DNA from: Candidatus Dormiibacterota bacterium
GTDB lineage: Bacteria > Chloroflexota > Dormibacteria > Aeolococcales > Aeolococcaceae
Length of the DNA: 64,000 nt
Assembly (NCBI GenBank): GCA_963718525.1
Contig: OY970355.1
Location: forward strand, 2,592,001 to 2,656,000
Direction: 5' to 3'
Of the stretch, positions 22,312-31,213 are shown piece after piece (the first letter of the stretch is position 1; the number at the start of each line of letters is the position of its first letter). A model generated the notes under the pieces. The model was not told where the DNA came from. It did no database searches and saw nothing but the letters and a program-made list of their open reading frames with translations. Made by a program: the position numbers and the translations under genes.

Positions 22312-23795
22312 CGCAGTGTTCCGGCTCCCGCTGTCGCCACCGCGAGCAGCGGCTGGATCAGCACCACCAGCACCACGCCCGCAAGGCAGGCCGTACCGGC
22401 AACGATGCGAGACAAGACGGGTGTCGCCCCGAGCGTGAAGGGGACCGCATCCCCGGCATCCGCGTACAGCGACGCGATGAACCGCACCGCCGCGATCAAC
22501 GTCAACAGGCCGGCGGCGATCGCGACCACTGCCAGCCACCCATAGTGCGTGTCCGCTGCGCTCGAGATGAGCAGGATTCGCGACAGAAATCCCGCGAGCG
22601 GGGGCACGCCGGCGAGTGTCCCCACCGCGACGGTGAGCAGGAGCGCCGCGGGGGCCGATCGATGCGCCAGGCCGCGCAGATCGTCGAGCCCATCACCGAT
22701 TCCCGCGACCTGCAGCATCGCAAGCACGCCGAACGCCGCCAGCATCGCGATCACCGTGATGCCCAACCCGCTGAGGAAAGCGGTCACCCCATACGCCGGC
22801 AGCCCACGTGACCCGGTCGAGAACGCCAGCAGTCCAAGCAGGAGCATCGCCGTCTGCGTGCTGATCAGCTGACCGACAAGGCGGGCGACCGAGGTCTCAC
22901 GCAGCGAGCTCAGCGAGGAATACCCGAGCGCGACCGCCGCGACAATGGGTACGAGCCATCGCCAGACACCGACCCCGGGTCCGAAGCCCGAGATGGTCAC
23001 GCGCGCCAGCGCCGCCCCGCCGCCGATCAGGCTCATCGCGATGACGAATCCCGCCGCTGCCGCGGGCACATTGGTGGCAACACGCCCCACCCATTGCCGC
23101 AGCGGGAAGACGCCGAAGGTGCCGCAGAGTCCCAGAACGACGAGCGCGACACCGAGCGCCACTGCCCCAGGAGCTGCGTGCGCGGCGGCGGCGACAGCGG
23201 CGAGATTCGTACTTCGCGTGGTGCCGTAGAGGATCGCGAGTCCGTACACCACGGCGGCGAGCCCGACACTGCCTTCGATGAGGTGCTCGAAGGACGACAC
23301 CGCGCCGCGCGGGTTGGTCTTCACGAGCGCTCCGAGCGATACGAGACAGATCAGCAGCAGCGCGAGTGCAACGAACAGCGTGGTCATCTCGCGTTCGGCG
23401 CCGATCGCCTCAACCGCGGCGGTCGCAATCAGCAGGAGGCCATAGAACGCGCCCGTCCGCGCAGGGATGGTGCGCACGGCCGAGTCACTGATCAAACACG
23501 TGGTGAGCGCTGCGACGCAGGCCAGGATCGCGATGTACAGAGCAAAGCTGTCGACCACGAACCCGCCGTTCCACACCGTGATCGCAACCCCCGAACGCAC
23601 GTGGCGAAGTCCGAGCAGGACCAGGGCGCATGCTGCGAGCGACCCCACCAGTCCGATGCATGCGATCCAGCGGTGGATGTCCGGACGCAACCCTGGCCGG
23701 AGCACCGCGACGAGCGCAGAGATCGCAGCTGTCCCAACCAGCATCGCCTCGGGAAGGAGCGCGAGCGTCAGCGCGTGCGCGAAATCAGCGGGCAT
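22308..23795 (-). CDS. nuoN: NuoN-like subunit, highly divergent
   Basis: Multi-TM; GLAILYGTTRSTNL and LAGVPPLAGF motifs; last gene of J-K-L-M-N. Confidence 0.82.
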   Translation of the reverse strand: MPADFAHALTLALLPEAMLVGTAAISALVAVLRPGLRPDIHRWIACIGLVGSLAACALVLLGLRHVRSGVAITVWNGGFVVDSFALYIAILACVAALTTCLISDSAVRTIPARTGAFYGLLLIATAAVEAIGAEREMTTLFVALALLLICLVSLGALVKTNPRGAVSSFEHLIEGSVGLAAVVYGLAILYGTTRSTNLAAVAAAAHAAPGAVALGVALVVLGLCGTFGVFPLRQWVGRVATNVPAAAAGFVIAMSLIGGGAALARVTISGFGPGVGVWRWLVPIVAAVALGYSSLSSLRETSVARLVGQLISTQTAMLLLGLLAFSTGSRGLPAYGVTAFLSGLGITVIAMLAAFGVLAMLQVAGIGDGLDDLRGLAHRSAPAALLLTVAVGTLAGVPPLAGFLSRILLISSAADTHYGWLAVVAIAAGLLTLIAAVRFIASLYADAGDAVPFTLGATPVLSRIVAGTACLAGVVLVVLIQPLLAVATAGAGTLR

Positions 23796-23798
23796 GCG

Positions 23799-25289
23799 CT
23801 AAGCCCCGGTGATCCGGGTGGTGATCTCGAGCACGCCGTTGGCGATCACCGGGATCACCGCCCCCGCGCGGAGTCCGAAGAGCAGCACAGCCGCGACCAG
23901 CGGGATGAGGACGGTCAGATCGAGGAGAGTGACATCACGCACGCGGGCGAACTGGTCGCGCACGGGCCCGAAGAAGACGCGATTCGCGACCCAGAGCAGA
24001 CCGCCGGTGATGACGATCACGCTGGCCATCACCAGCACAGTTGCGATCCGGTGCTCCGGGAACGAGCCGGCGAAGACCATGAAATCGCCGGTGAATCCCG
24101 CAAGGAATGGAATGCCGATGACGCTCGCTGCAGCAACCAGCCAGAACCCCGCAAGGCGCGGCGCCTGCGTGACCAACCCACCCATGGCTCGAATGCTCGT
24201 CGTCCGGGTTCGCTCCTCGATCGCGCCGCTCACCAGCGTGAGCATCGCCGACCCGAGACCCTGGCCGCAGAGGAGCAGGACGGCCCCGACCAGCGCCACC
24301 GACGTCTGCGCGCCGATTGCCAGGAGCACGAGCGACATCTGGGCGACATTCATGTATCCGATGAACCGGCGCAACTCGTCCTGCCGCAGCGCGCCGACGC
24401 TGCCCCAGAACGCGCCCACCACCGCAAGGCCCGTGATCGCGAACCCGTAGTAGTGCGCCGCCGCTGGGAAGACGACGAGGCTGATTCGCATCATCCCGTA
24501 GGCGCCGAGCAGCAGCATCGTCCCGGAAAGGATGGTCGCGACGCCGGCGCTCGCCTTGGTCTGCGCCTCGAGCATCCATGTATGCACTGGAAAGATGGCC
24601 ATCGCGATCGCGAACGCGGTGAAGCTCAGCCAGAACCCGACCGTTTCCGCCGTGACGGAGAACGTGGTCAGGTCGGCGGTCATGTCCGAAGACTGAGCAC
24701 CGGCTTCCACGACGATGATCACGACGGTTGCGATGATCAGCGCGAGCGACACCGCCTGGAAGCCCGCGAACCATGCCGCGGCGCGACGAGCACCCTCGCC
24801 GCCCCAGATCCGGATGAGCAGGTACATCGGGACCAGCAACATGGCCCAGAAGGCGACGAACAGAACGAAGTCCGAGGAGCACAGGACGCCGTTGACCGCG
24901 GTCTCGACGAGCAGCACGAGGATGACGTACAGACGCACCCGCTCGTGAATCTTCCAGGAATGGAACATCGCGCACCCGAAGATCGTCGTCACCACCACGA
25001 GCAGCGGGAGGCTGATGCCGTCGGCGACAAGGTCATAGTGGGCTTGGAACAGGAAGTTCCAGAACCAGGTGTGATTCTCCTGGTATGCGGATGCCAGGCC
25101 ACCACCCTGGCCGAGCCCGATCTGCCCCAGTATCGCGAAGAACGTCGTCACGAAGAAGCTGACGCCCGCACCGGCCAGGGCGACCGTCCTCACCCGTGCG
25201 CGTTCCTCGTCATTGCGCTCCGGGAGGAAGAGTGCGATCACCGCGAAGAGCAGTGGCGACCAGACGATGGTCGACAGGATCACGCTCAT
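23799..25289 (-). CDS. nuoM: NuoM-like subunit, highly divergent
   Basis: DGISLPL, VPMYLLIRIWGG, FPVHTW and MGGL motifs. Confidence 0.88.
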   Translation of the reverse strand: MSVILSTIVWSPLLFAVIALFLPERNDEERARVRTVALAGAGVSFFVTTFFAILGQIGLGQGGGLASAYQENHTWFWNFLFQAHYDLVADGISLPLLVVVTTIFGCAMFHSWKIHERVRLYVILVLLVETAVNGVLCSSDFVLFVAFWAMLLVPMYLLIRIWGGEGARRAAAWFAGFQAVSLALIIATVVIIVVEAGAQSSDMTADLTTFSVTAETVGFWLSFTAFAIAMAIFPVHTWMLEAQTKASAGVATILSGTMLLLGAYGMMRISLVVFPAAAHYYGFAITGLAVVGAFWGSVGALRQDELRRFIGYMNVAQMSLVLLAIGAQTSVALVGAVLLLCGQGLGSAMLTLVSGAIEERTRTTSIRAMGGLVTQAPRLAGFWLVAAASVIGIPFLAGFTGDFMVFAGSFPEHRIATVLVMASVIVITGGLLWVANRVFFGPVRDQFARVRDVTLLDLTVLIPLVAAVLLFGLRAGAVIPVIANGVLEITTRITGA

Positions 25290-27316
25290 ACCAGGCGCAC
25301 CCAGAGGTGGCCTGTCGCGGCAAGCACCGAAAGCAGCGCGAGAATCCCGACGACAACAACAGCGCCGGCGAGGTACCGCGAGAACCGGATGCTCCGAATA
25401 GCCCCGAGTCCCAACGCGGCGTAGTCGACGCTCTCGCCCACCGATGCTTCGACGGGCGCGATGACCTGCTCGTCGAAGTCGGACACGCGGCCGGCCACGG
25501 CGAGCAGGGGCGGCGCCGCGATCTCCGTCAGTCGCTCGACGTAGAAGCCCTGCGCCGCAATGCGTATCGGCCATGCCGCGCGAACCGGCAACGGCACATC
25601 CCGGCGGGCCGGGCCGAACAGGAGGTATGCCACGCCGAAACCGCCTGCAGCGACAAGCAGGGCGAGGAGTGCCGCGATTCCATCCAGGCCGATCGACTGA
25701 TGGTGGCTCGCATAGAAGACGAAGCGCATGTACGTGAGGCCGGCGATGCGGGCACTGCCGATCGTGAACGGTTGCAGGCCGGGCAGGCCGACGAGCACCG
25801 CGACAACGGCAGCGATCAGGACGAGCCGCAGCGGCCGCCGGAGTGCGCCTTCAACCTCCGCAACCCGATCATGCTGGAATCCCCGGCGGCGACTCACCTC
25901 GCCGGTGGTCACGGTCAGGAGGAGCCGTGCCGCGAGCACCGCGACGAGCACGCCCGCGACCGCGGTGACGATGACGATGACCACGCGCTCGAGGACGCTG
26001 AAGACCCCACCGGCCGGGTCAACGCCGTTCAGCCCGGACGACAGGGCGTAGTAGCAGCTCAGGCCGACGCCGCCGGCAAGCAGCGCCCACGCGCCAAGGG
26101 CGACGCTGGTCGTGCGCAATTTCACCCACGCGCCGCCCATCTCTCCGATGTCGTCGGTGCGATAGACGCGGACGAGGTTGGCGACAGCGAGGAACAGCAG
26201 TGTCGACGTGAATATCGAGGTGAATGCGATGAACACGCCCGGGCTGTAGCCTCCCACGCCCAGCGTAACCACTGCCAGGCTGAGTTCCGAGGCGACGGCG
26301 CACACGGCGATGCGCGTGATGCTGCGCTGCGCGATCCCAGTCGCTGCAGTAACAACAGCGCTGAGGCCGCCCACCAGGGCGAAGACGGGAAGGGCCCGAG
26401 GGGTGTGGGCGACGACGGGGTAGATGCGTGCAACCAGGTAGAGACCAAGTGGCGCGACCGTGGCGCCGGCGAGGGCCAGAACCGGAATCGCCGACGATGC
26501 GGCGTCGCGCAGCCAGACGGTGAAGGGAAATTGAGCGCTGCGCACCGTGGCGGCGACGAGGAACACGATGCCCATCACGAGCAGGGCGCGCGGTCCAGTG
26601 CTGGCCACGCCGTGGTGCAGCGCGGCGATGACTCCCTGTGAGATCACGCTGAAGGAAAATGGATCCGCGATCGACTGTCCGGCCGGTGCGGCCAGCAACG
26701 ACGAGAAGACCCCGAACTTGATCCAGGTGAACAGGACTCCCAGGGTCAGCGCGATGTCACTCGCGGTCAGGATGATGGCGGCGCGCAGTGCGCGGCGCGC
26801 GATATCGGCGCGCTGCCATGCCAGCGTGAGCAGCACGTAGAGGACCGCTGTGGCTCCAACCCACATGATCAGCGAGTCGAAGAGGTTCGGGCTGAGCACG
26901 AAACCGGTCGTGCAGAAGGCGAGCACAGACGACCCGCAGAAGAAGCGCCGGTACCCCTGCTCGCCGCGCATCGCGGTGACCGAGTAGATCTGGATCACGA
27001 GGGTCGCGAACACGATCGCCGCGGCGAAGCTTGCCGAGAGAGAGTCGACGTGCACGCCGACCTGTGCCTGGAACTGCGTCGCAAACGTCGCGCCCTCCGG
27101 CGGGGTCATCGTGAAGAAGGTCAGCAGCGAGTCGAACGGTGCTGCAGTCGCGTGGGTCAGGCGGACGCCGAGCACGATGGCGGCCACGACGAACGACGCG
27201 CCGCTGAACACGACGCAGAGCTGCGCGGCGCGCCGCTGCGTCTCCACACCGAGGGAGGCGAGCGCACCGAGCAGCGGGAGAAAGGGAATCGCCCACGCCG
27301 CGTTGTAGATGCCCAC
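25286..27316 (-). CDS. nuoL: NuoL-like subunit, highly divergent
   Basis: MRGEQGYRRFF, SAQFPF.VWL and EMGG motifs; C-terminal amphipathic helix region. Confidence 0.88.
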   Translation of the reverse strand: MGIYNAAWAIPFLPLLGALASLGVETQRRAAQLCVVFSGASFVVAAIVLGVRLTHATAAPFDSLLTFFTMTPPEGATFATQFQAQVGVHVDSLSASFAAAIVFATLVIQIYSVTAMRGEQGYRRFFCGSSVLAFCTTGFVLSPNLFDSLIMWVGATAVLYVLLTLAWQRADIARRALRAAIILTASDIALTLGVLFTWIKFGVFSSLLAAPAGQSIADPFSFSVISQGVIAALHHGVASTGPRALLVMGIVFLVAATVRSAQFPFTVWLRDAASSAIPVLALAGATVAPLGLYLVARIYPVVAHTPRALPVFALVGGLSAVVTAATGIAQRSITRIAVCAVASELSLAVVTLGVGGYSPGVFIAFTSIFTSTLLFLAVANLVRVYRTDDIGEMGGAWVKLRTTSVALGAWALLAGGVGLSCYYALSSGLNGVDPAGGVFSVLERVVIVIVTAVAGVLVAVLAARLLLTVTTGEVSRRRGFQHDRVAEVEGALRRPLRLVLIAAVVAVLVGLPGLQPFTIGSARIAGLTYMRFVFYASHHQSIGLDGIAALLALLVAAGGFGVAYLLFGPARRDVPLPVRAAWPIRIAAQGFYVERLTEIAAPPLLAVAGRVSDFDEQVIAPVEASVGESVDYAALGLGAIRSIRFSRYLAGAVVVVGILALLSVLAATGHLWVRLV

Positions 27317-27321
27317 CCGCG

Positions 27322-27636
27322 CTATGCCTCGACGTCGCCGAGGGCGTCGATATCGGCTCGCCCGGTCCGGCGCCAGAGCAGCACGATCAGAGCGAACCCG
27401 AGGCTGCAGACACAGGTCGCCACGACGATGGCGATCGCGGCGAGCGCGTCGCCAAAGGCGACCGGGGGCGCCTGGATTGCATGGGTGAAGCCGACGATGG
27501 CGATCACGGGTGCGGCAAAGAGGAGTCCGATTCCCATCACGACTCCAAGCGGATGGCGGCGAGCGAGCACCCCATACACGCCGATGGCGAAGACGACAGC
27601 GCTCAACAGCGCGAAGCCCTCCGGACCAGCGCTCAT
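27322..27636 (-). CDS. nuoK: NuoK-like subunit, divergent
   Basis: FAIGVYGVLARR, three TMs, 104 aa. Confidence 0.82.
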   Translation of the reverse strand: MSAGPEGFALLSAVVFAIGVYGVLARRHPLGVVMGIGLLFAAPVIAIVGFTHAIQAPPVAFGDALAAIAIVVATCVCSLGFALIVLLWRRTGRADIDALGDVEA

Positions 27637-28250
27637 GAGTCGCTCCTTGACGGGCGTCGCCTGCCCTGCTCGCGGTCCTCACGGCGCCTGCGCGCAAGCT
27701 CTTCGCGCTGCCGGCGCAGCTGGAGGTACTGGTCAAGCGTCTGCTCGTCGGTGCTCCGGCGTCCGATGACCAACCCCATAGCCGCGGTGATGATCACGAC
27801 AACCGCACTGATTGCCAGTGCGTAGGGTGCGCGGTAATGGAGCACCGTGATCAGCGCCGCGCTCTGGGTGAGGAGCGGAGAGTAACCCGAGAAGCCCGGG
27901 TACCAACCCGATCCGACGGCGGCCAGCGTCGCGATCAGCACCGCGGCGATACCCACGGCGATTGGTGCGGCGATCCAGAAGCGTTCAGGTCCAGCCGGCA
28001 CTGCGAGCAGCCCACGATAAGCGTCGCGCCGGAGCACCATTGTCACGACCACGGCGGCGACAGCCGGCACGACGAGTTGCACGACCGCGAGCGCATAGGC
28101 CCCTGAGATGAGCTCGAGGACACCCATGAGGACGATCACCGCCCCGCCCGCGTACCCGGCATGGCGCAGCGAAGGAAGCCCAACTGCGGCCCCGGCGGCA
28201 AGCACGATGAGCACGGCGACGGCATAGAACGCGATTGCGTTGGGGGTCAT
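27633..28250 (-). CDS. nuoJ: NuoJ-like subunit, divergent, with Arg-rich tail
   Basis: Five hydrophobic segments, IAFY start and GAY..VVQL motif; upstream of nuoK. Confidence 0.72.
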   Translation of the reverse strand: MTPNAIAFYAVAVLIVLAAGAAVGLPSLRHAGYAGGAVIVLMGVLELISGAYALAVVQLVVPAVAAVVVTMVLRRDAYRGLLAVPAGPERFWIAAPIAVGIAAVLIATLAAVGSGWYPGFSGYSPLLTQSAALITVLHYRAPYALAISAVVVIITAAMGLVIGRRSTDEQTLDQYLQLRRQREELARRRREDREQGRRRPSRSDS

Positions 28251-28265
28251 AGGGTCGCGGGCGGC

Positions 28266-28271
28266 ATTGTA
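28266..28271 (-). promoter_or_regulatory. -10 element upstream of nuoJ
   Basis: TACAAT 15 nt before the nuoJ ATG. Confidence 0.5.
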
Positions 28272-28283
28272 GTCAGCGCGGGC

Positions 28284-28694
28284 TCAGACCGAATCGTCGT
28301 CTTCAAGCCGCGACGCCCGCGTCGGCGCCGCAATACGGACCGTGCCAGGGATGCGCTCGAAGATGAGCACCAGGCTGAGACCGACAGCCGCGATCAGCAG
28401 CCCGACGATCGCGACCGGCGTTACCCGGATGCCAATCAGCGGCAGGGACACCCCGGCGTCCCACGGTCCGGGTGTCGACGTCGAAGCCGCGGCTCCATAG
28501 CGCGCCACCGCGGAGGGGCTCGGAAACACTCGCTGCCCGACGACGCCCGCGACGAATGCCAGGCTGCCAAGGGTGCAGATGAAATAGAGCCAGTTGCCGC
28601 TGTGACGCGCTGCCACCGTGGACGTGGTCACCGCCAGGCAGCCGGCGAGCACCGCGACGATGCCGATCACGACCTGCTCGGGGGTCGGGGGCAA
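28284..28694 (-). CDS. Hypothetical three-TM membrane protein
   Basis: Fills the mnmA-nuoJ gap; hydrophobic helices. Confidence 0.65.
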   Translation of the reverse strand: MPPTPEQVVIGIVAVLAGCLAVTTSTVAARHSGNWLYFICTLGSLAFVAGVVGQRVFPSPSAVARYGAAASTSTPGPWDAGVSLPLIGIRVTPVAIVGLLIAAVGLSLVLIFERIPGTVRIAAPTRASRLEDDDSV

Positions 28695-28706
28695 CGCCGG
28701 CGCGCC

Positions 28707-29831
28707 TCAGGCGGCCCGGCGGACCAACCCGCCTCCGAGGACCTCGTCGCCGCGATAGAGCACCATCGATTGTCCCGGCGCAGCCTGGTCGACCGGGGCA
28801 TCGAACCTGACGCGCACGCCGGTGGCGTCGGTCGCCTCGATCGTCGCTGCGTGCGGCTCGCCGTGGGCCCGAAGCTGTGCATTGCATCGGGTCCCCTGTG
28901 CTGGGCCGCGACCCGAGACCCAGTGGAACGAGGACGCCTCGACAAGGCTGGAGCGCAGCGCTTCGCGTGGTCCGACGACCAGGGTGTTCGCGGCCGGGCG
29001 GAGTTCGATGACAAAACGCGGTGCCGCGTCGGGCCGCGACGGCGCAATCCCCAGGCCGGCACGCTGCCCCACGGTGAAGAACGGAAGGCCCTCGTGCTGC
29101 CCGAGCACCATGCCGTCGAGGTCGGTGATGGCGCCGGCTGAGAAACGTCCGGCGAGCCGTTGGCGCAGCTCGGACCTCATGTCAGTCTCGACGAAGCACA
29201 GATCCTGCAACTCGGGCTTGGCTGCCGTGACCAGCCCGAGAGCGGCCGCTTCCGCCCGGACGCTCGCCTTGGATTCGTCACCCCCGAGCGCGAACACAGC
29301 GCCATGCAACTGGTGTTGGTCGAGCCGGTGGAGCACGTACGCCTGGTCGCGGCGGAGGTCGCGTGCCCGGTGCAGTGTCGTCAGCGATCCCCTCCGGCCG
29401 GTGCGTGCGTAGTGGCCGGTGGCGAGATGGGTCGCCCCTGCGGCCCGAGCCCGCTCGAGCAGCACGCCGAACTTGATGCGCTGATTGCATCTCACGCAGG
29501 GGTTGGGGGTGAGGCCCTGCGCATAGCCGTCCTCGAAGTCAGCCACGACCTCTCTCTCGAAGTCCCGCTCGAGATTCCATACGTAGTGCGGGAGCGACAG
29601 CGCTGCCGCCACGCGGCGGGCGTCATCCACCGCATCGATCGAGCAGCACCCACGGTCGCGGACGCTTTCGCGGCTTCCCGGCCACATCGCAAGGGTGATG
29701 CCGAACGCGTGCAGACCGGTTGCCGCGACGCGGGCAGCAGCAACGCTCGAGTCCACTCCTCCCGACATCGCCACGGCGATCACCGACGATCGCGGCAGGA
29801 GATCCAGCGGACGGTCAGCGGCGACCGCCAC
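28707..29831 (-). CDS. mnmA: tRNA 2-thiouridylase MnmA
   Basis: SGGVDS, GCCS, PNPCVRCN, ATGHY and TVGQR motifs. Confidence 0.95.
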   Translation of the reverse strand: MAVAADRPLDLLPRSSVIAVAMSGGVDSSVAAARVAATGLHAFGITLAMWPGSRESVRDRGCCSIDAVDDARRVAAALSLPHYVWNLERDFEREVVADFEDGYAQGLTPNPCVRCNQRIKFGVLLERARAAGATHLATGHYARTGRRGSLTTLHRARDLRRDQAYVLHRLDQHQLHGAVFALGGDESKASVRAEAAALGLVTAAKPELQDLCFVETDMRSELRQRLAGRFSAGAITDLDGMVLGQHEGLPFFTVGQRAGLGIAPSRPDAAPRFVIELRPAANTLVVGPREALRSSLVEASSFHWVSGRGPAQGTRCNAQLRAHGEPHAATIEATDATGVRVRFDAPVDQAAPGQSMVLYRGDEVLGGGLVRRAA

Positions 29832-30102
29832 CTCCGGCAACGGCGGGGACGATCGATACCTCGTCGCGCTCGGCGATGGCGGTGTCGAGGCCCTGGGCGA
29901 AGCGGATATCGGAGTCATTGACATAGATGTTGATGAACTGCCGCAGGCTCCCGGAGTCGTCATACAGACGGTCGTGGAAGCCAGGATAGGTCGCATCGAG
30001 GTTGGTGAGCACCGCGCCGACGGTGTCACCCTCCACACTGACCTCGGCGCTGCCGCCGGTGAGCCTGCGAAGGGGTCCAGGAACGCGAACCGTGGTTGCC
30101 AT
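29815..30102 (-). CDS. MoaD/ThiS ubiquitin-like sulfur carrier with C-terminal extension
   Basis: FINIYVNDSDIR...IVPAVAGG followed by GGRR. Confidence 0.9.
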   Translation of the reverse strand: MATTVRVPGPLRRLTGGSAEVSVEGDTVGAVLTNLDATYPGFHDRLYDDSGSLRQFINIYVNDSDIRFAQGLDTAIAERDEVSIVPAVAGGGGRR

Positions 30103-30124
30103 TGAGGGCCGAGTATACGGAGGG

Positions 30125-30493
30125 TCAGCGCCTTGGCCGCTTTGCCGTGTCACGTGCCGTGGAAATCGAACGCTCACCCGCAGGCCGAAGGCGTCCCGCG
30201 GCGCGAAGCTCGTCAATGCGACGGAGGTTGGCATCCGTCCAGTTGCTCTTCGAGCGCCGGGGGGTGAAGCGGAGCATGTAGGTCGCCTCGTCGACCCGCC
30301 GGATGACGCTGTCGATCCAGCCGTTGCACAGCGCCTCGTCGACCGCATCCGAATACGAGATCCCCGGTCGTTCGAATCCCTTCTTCCAGAATCCCACCCA
30401 CAGTTCGGACGCTGTCGGGTTCGTCTCGAACCACGCCGAGAGATCCTCCGGCGCCAGAAAGAACTCCGGACGCGAAGGGACGGTTGGGGTCAC
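30125..30493 (-). CDS. YdeI-like protein, N-terminal domain only
   Basis: ELWVGFWKK, EALCNGWIDS and RFTPRR.KS.W motifs. Confidence 0.8.
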   Translation of the reverse strand: MTPTVPSRPEFFLAPEDLSAWFETNPTASELWVGFWKKGFERPGISYSDAVDEALCNGWIDSVIRRVDEATYMLRFTPRRSKSNWTDANLRRIDELRAAGRLRPAGERSISTARDTAKRPRR

Positions 30494-31200
30494 GGCTCGG
30501 GTTCGAGATCGACGACGAGCGGGCTCTTGTCAACGCGGGTCCGGGCTCCGGCGACGAGGTCGTCGAAGACGAGTTGCGACCACGACTCCATGCTCAGGTA
30601 GTGGCGCCGCATTGCTTCCAGGGAGAGCGACTCCCCCTCGAGCTTCTCGAGCTCGCGCACTTCGACGATGCCGTCGGCCGGTTCCACGAGGAACACGAGC
30701 CCGAGGTGCACCCGCGACACGGGGCTCGAGTCATCGTTGAGCATCGCCACGAGGCTGGCGCGCGCCGGCGTCGCACAGCGGATCTCCTCGGCCCACTCGC
30801 GGCGGAGTCCGCCGACGACAGGATCCTCACGTTCCCCGTCTCCGGGATTGACGTGACCGCCGATCCCGAGGGAGTACAGGTGATGGAGACGCTTCTCACT
30901 CGATCGGCGCAAACGGCGGGTCAGCAGATACGTGTCGGCCTGCGGGTGATGGACGACGCAATAGGGAATGATCTGCTGGAGGGCGGGATCATCCTCGATC
31001 TCGGCCCGAGGTCTGTATTCGGAGGTTGCATGGACGGTTCGCAGGACACGCTCCAGCCCACGCGCGATCAGCCCGTGCCAGGCGCCGTCCGGAAAGATGG
31101 TCGAGCGCGGCACGCAGAGGACATCCTCCGCCTCGTGCGCACGGCTCCGCCGCGACCCGACGGCACGCGTTCCAGCCACGGTTCTCGGCACCGAGCGCAT
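30490..31200 (-). CDS. NUDIX-fold predicted phosphoesterase (COG4112-like)
   Basis: EDDP..QQIIPY, EKRLH..YSLGIGGHVN and RREWAEE motifs. Confidence 0.8.
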   Translation of the reverse strand: MRSVPRTVAGTRAVGSRRSRAHEAEDVLCVPRSTIFPDGAWHGLIARGLERVLRTVHATSEYRPRAEIEDDPALQQIIPYCVVHHPQADTYLLTRRLRRSSEKRLHHLYSLGIGGHVNPGDGEREDPVVGGLRREWAEEIRCATPARASLVAMLNDDSSPVSRVHLGLVFLVEPADGIVEVRELEKLEGESLSLEAMRRHYLSMESWSQLVFDDLVAGARTRVDKSPLVVDLEPEP

Positions 31201-31213
31201 TCTTTCACCCGCG

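Noticed and set aside
22308-28250. Reading the nuo-like cluster as an Mrp antiporter or a DabAB/MpsAB carbon pump
   Set aside because: Gene order and sizes fit nuoJKLMN. No MrpE/F/G or DabA partner is present, and Mrp keeps the charged residues lost here.
28284-28694. Upstream three-TM protein as a divergent NuoA
   Set aside because: The long loop is between TM2 and TM3 rather than TM1 and TM2, and there is no ECG or FDVE motif.
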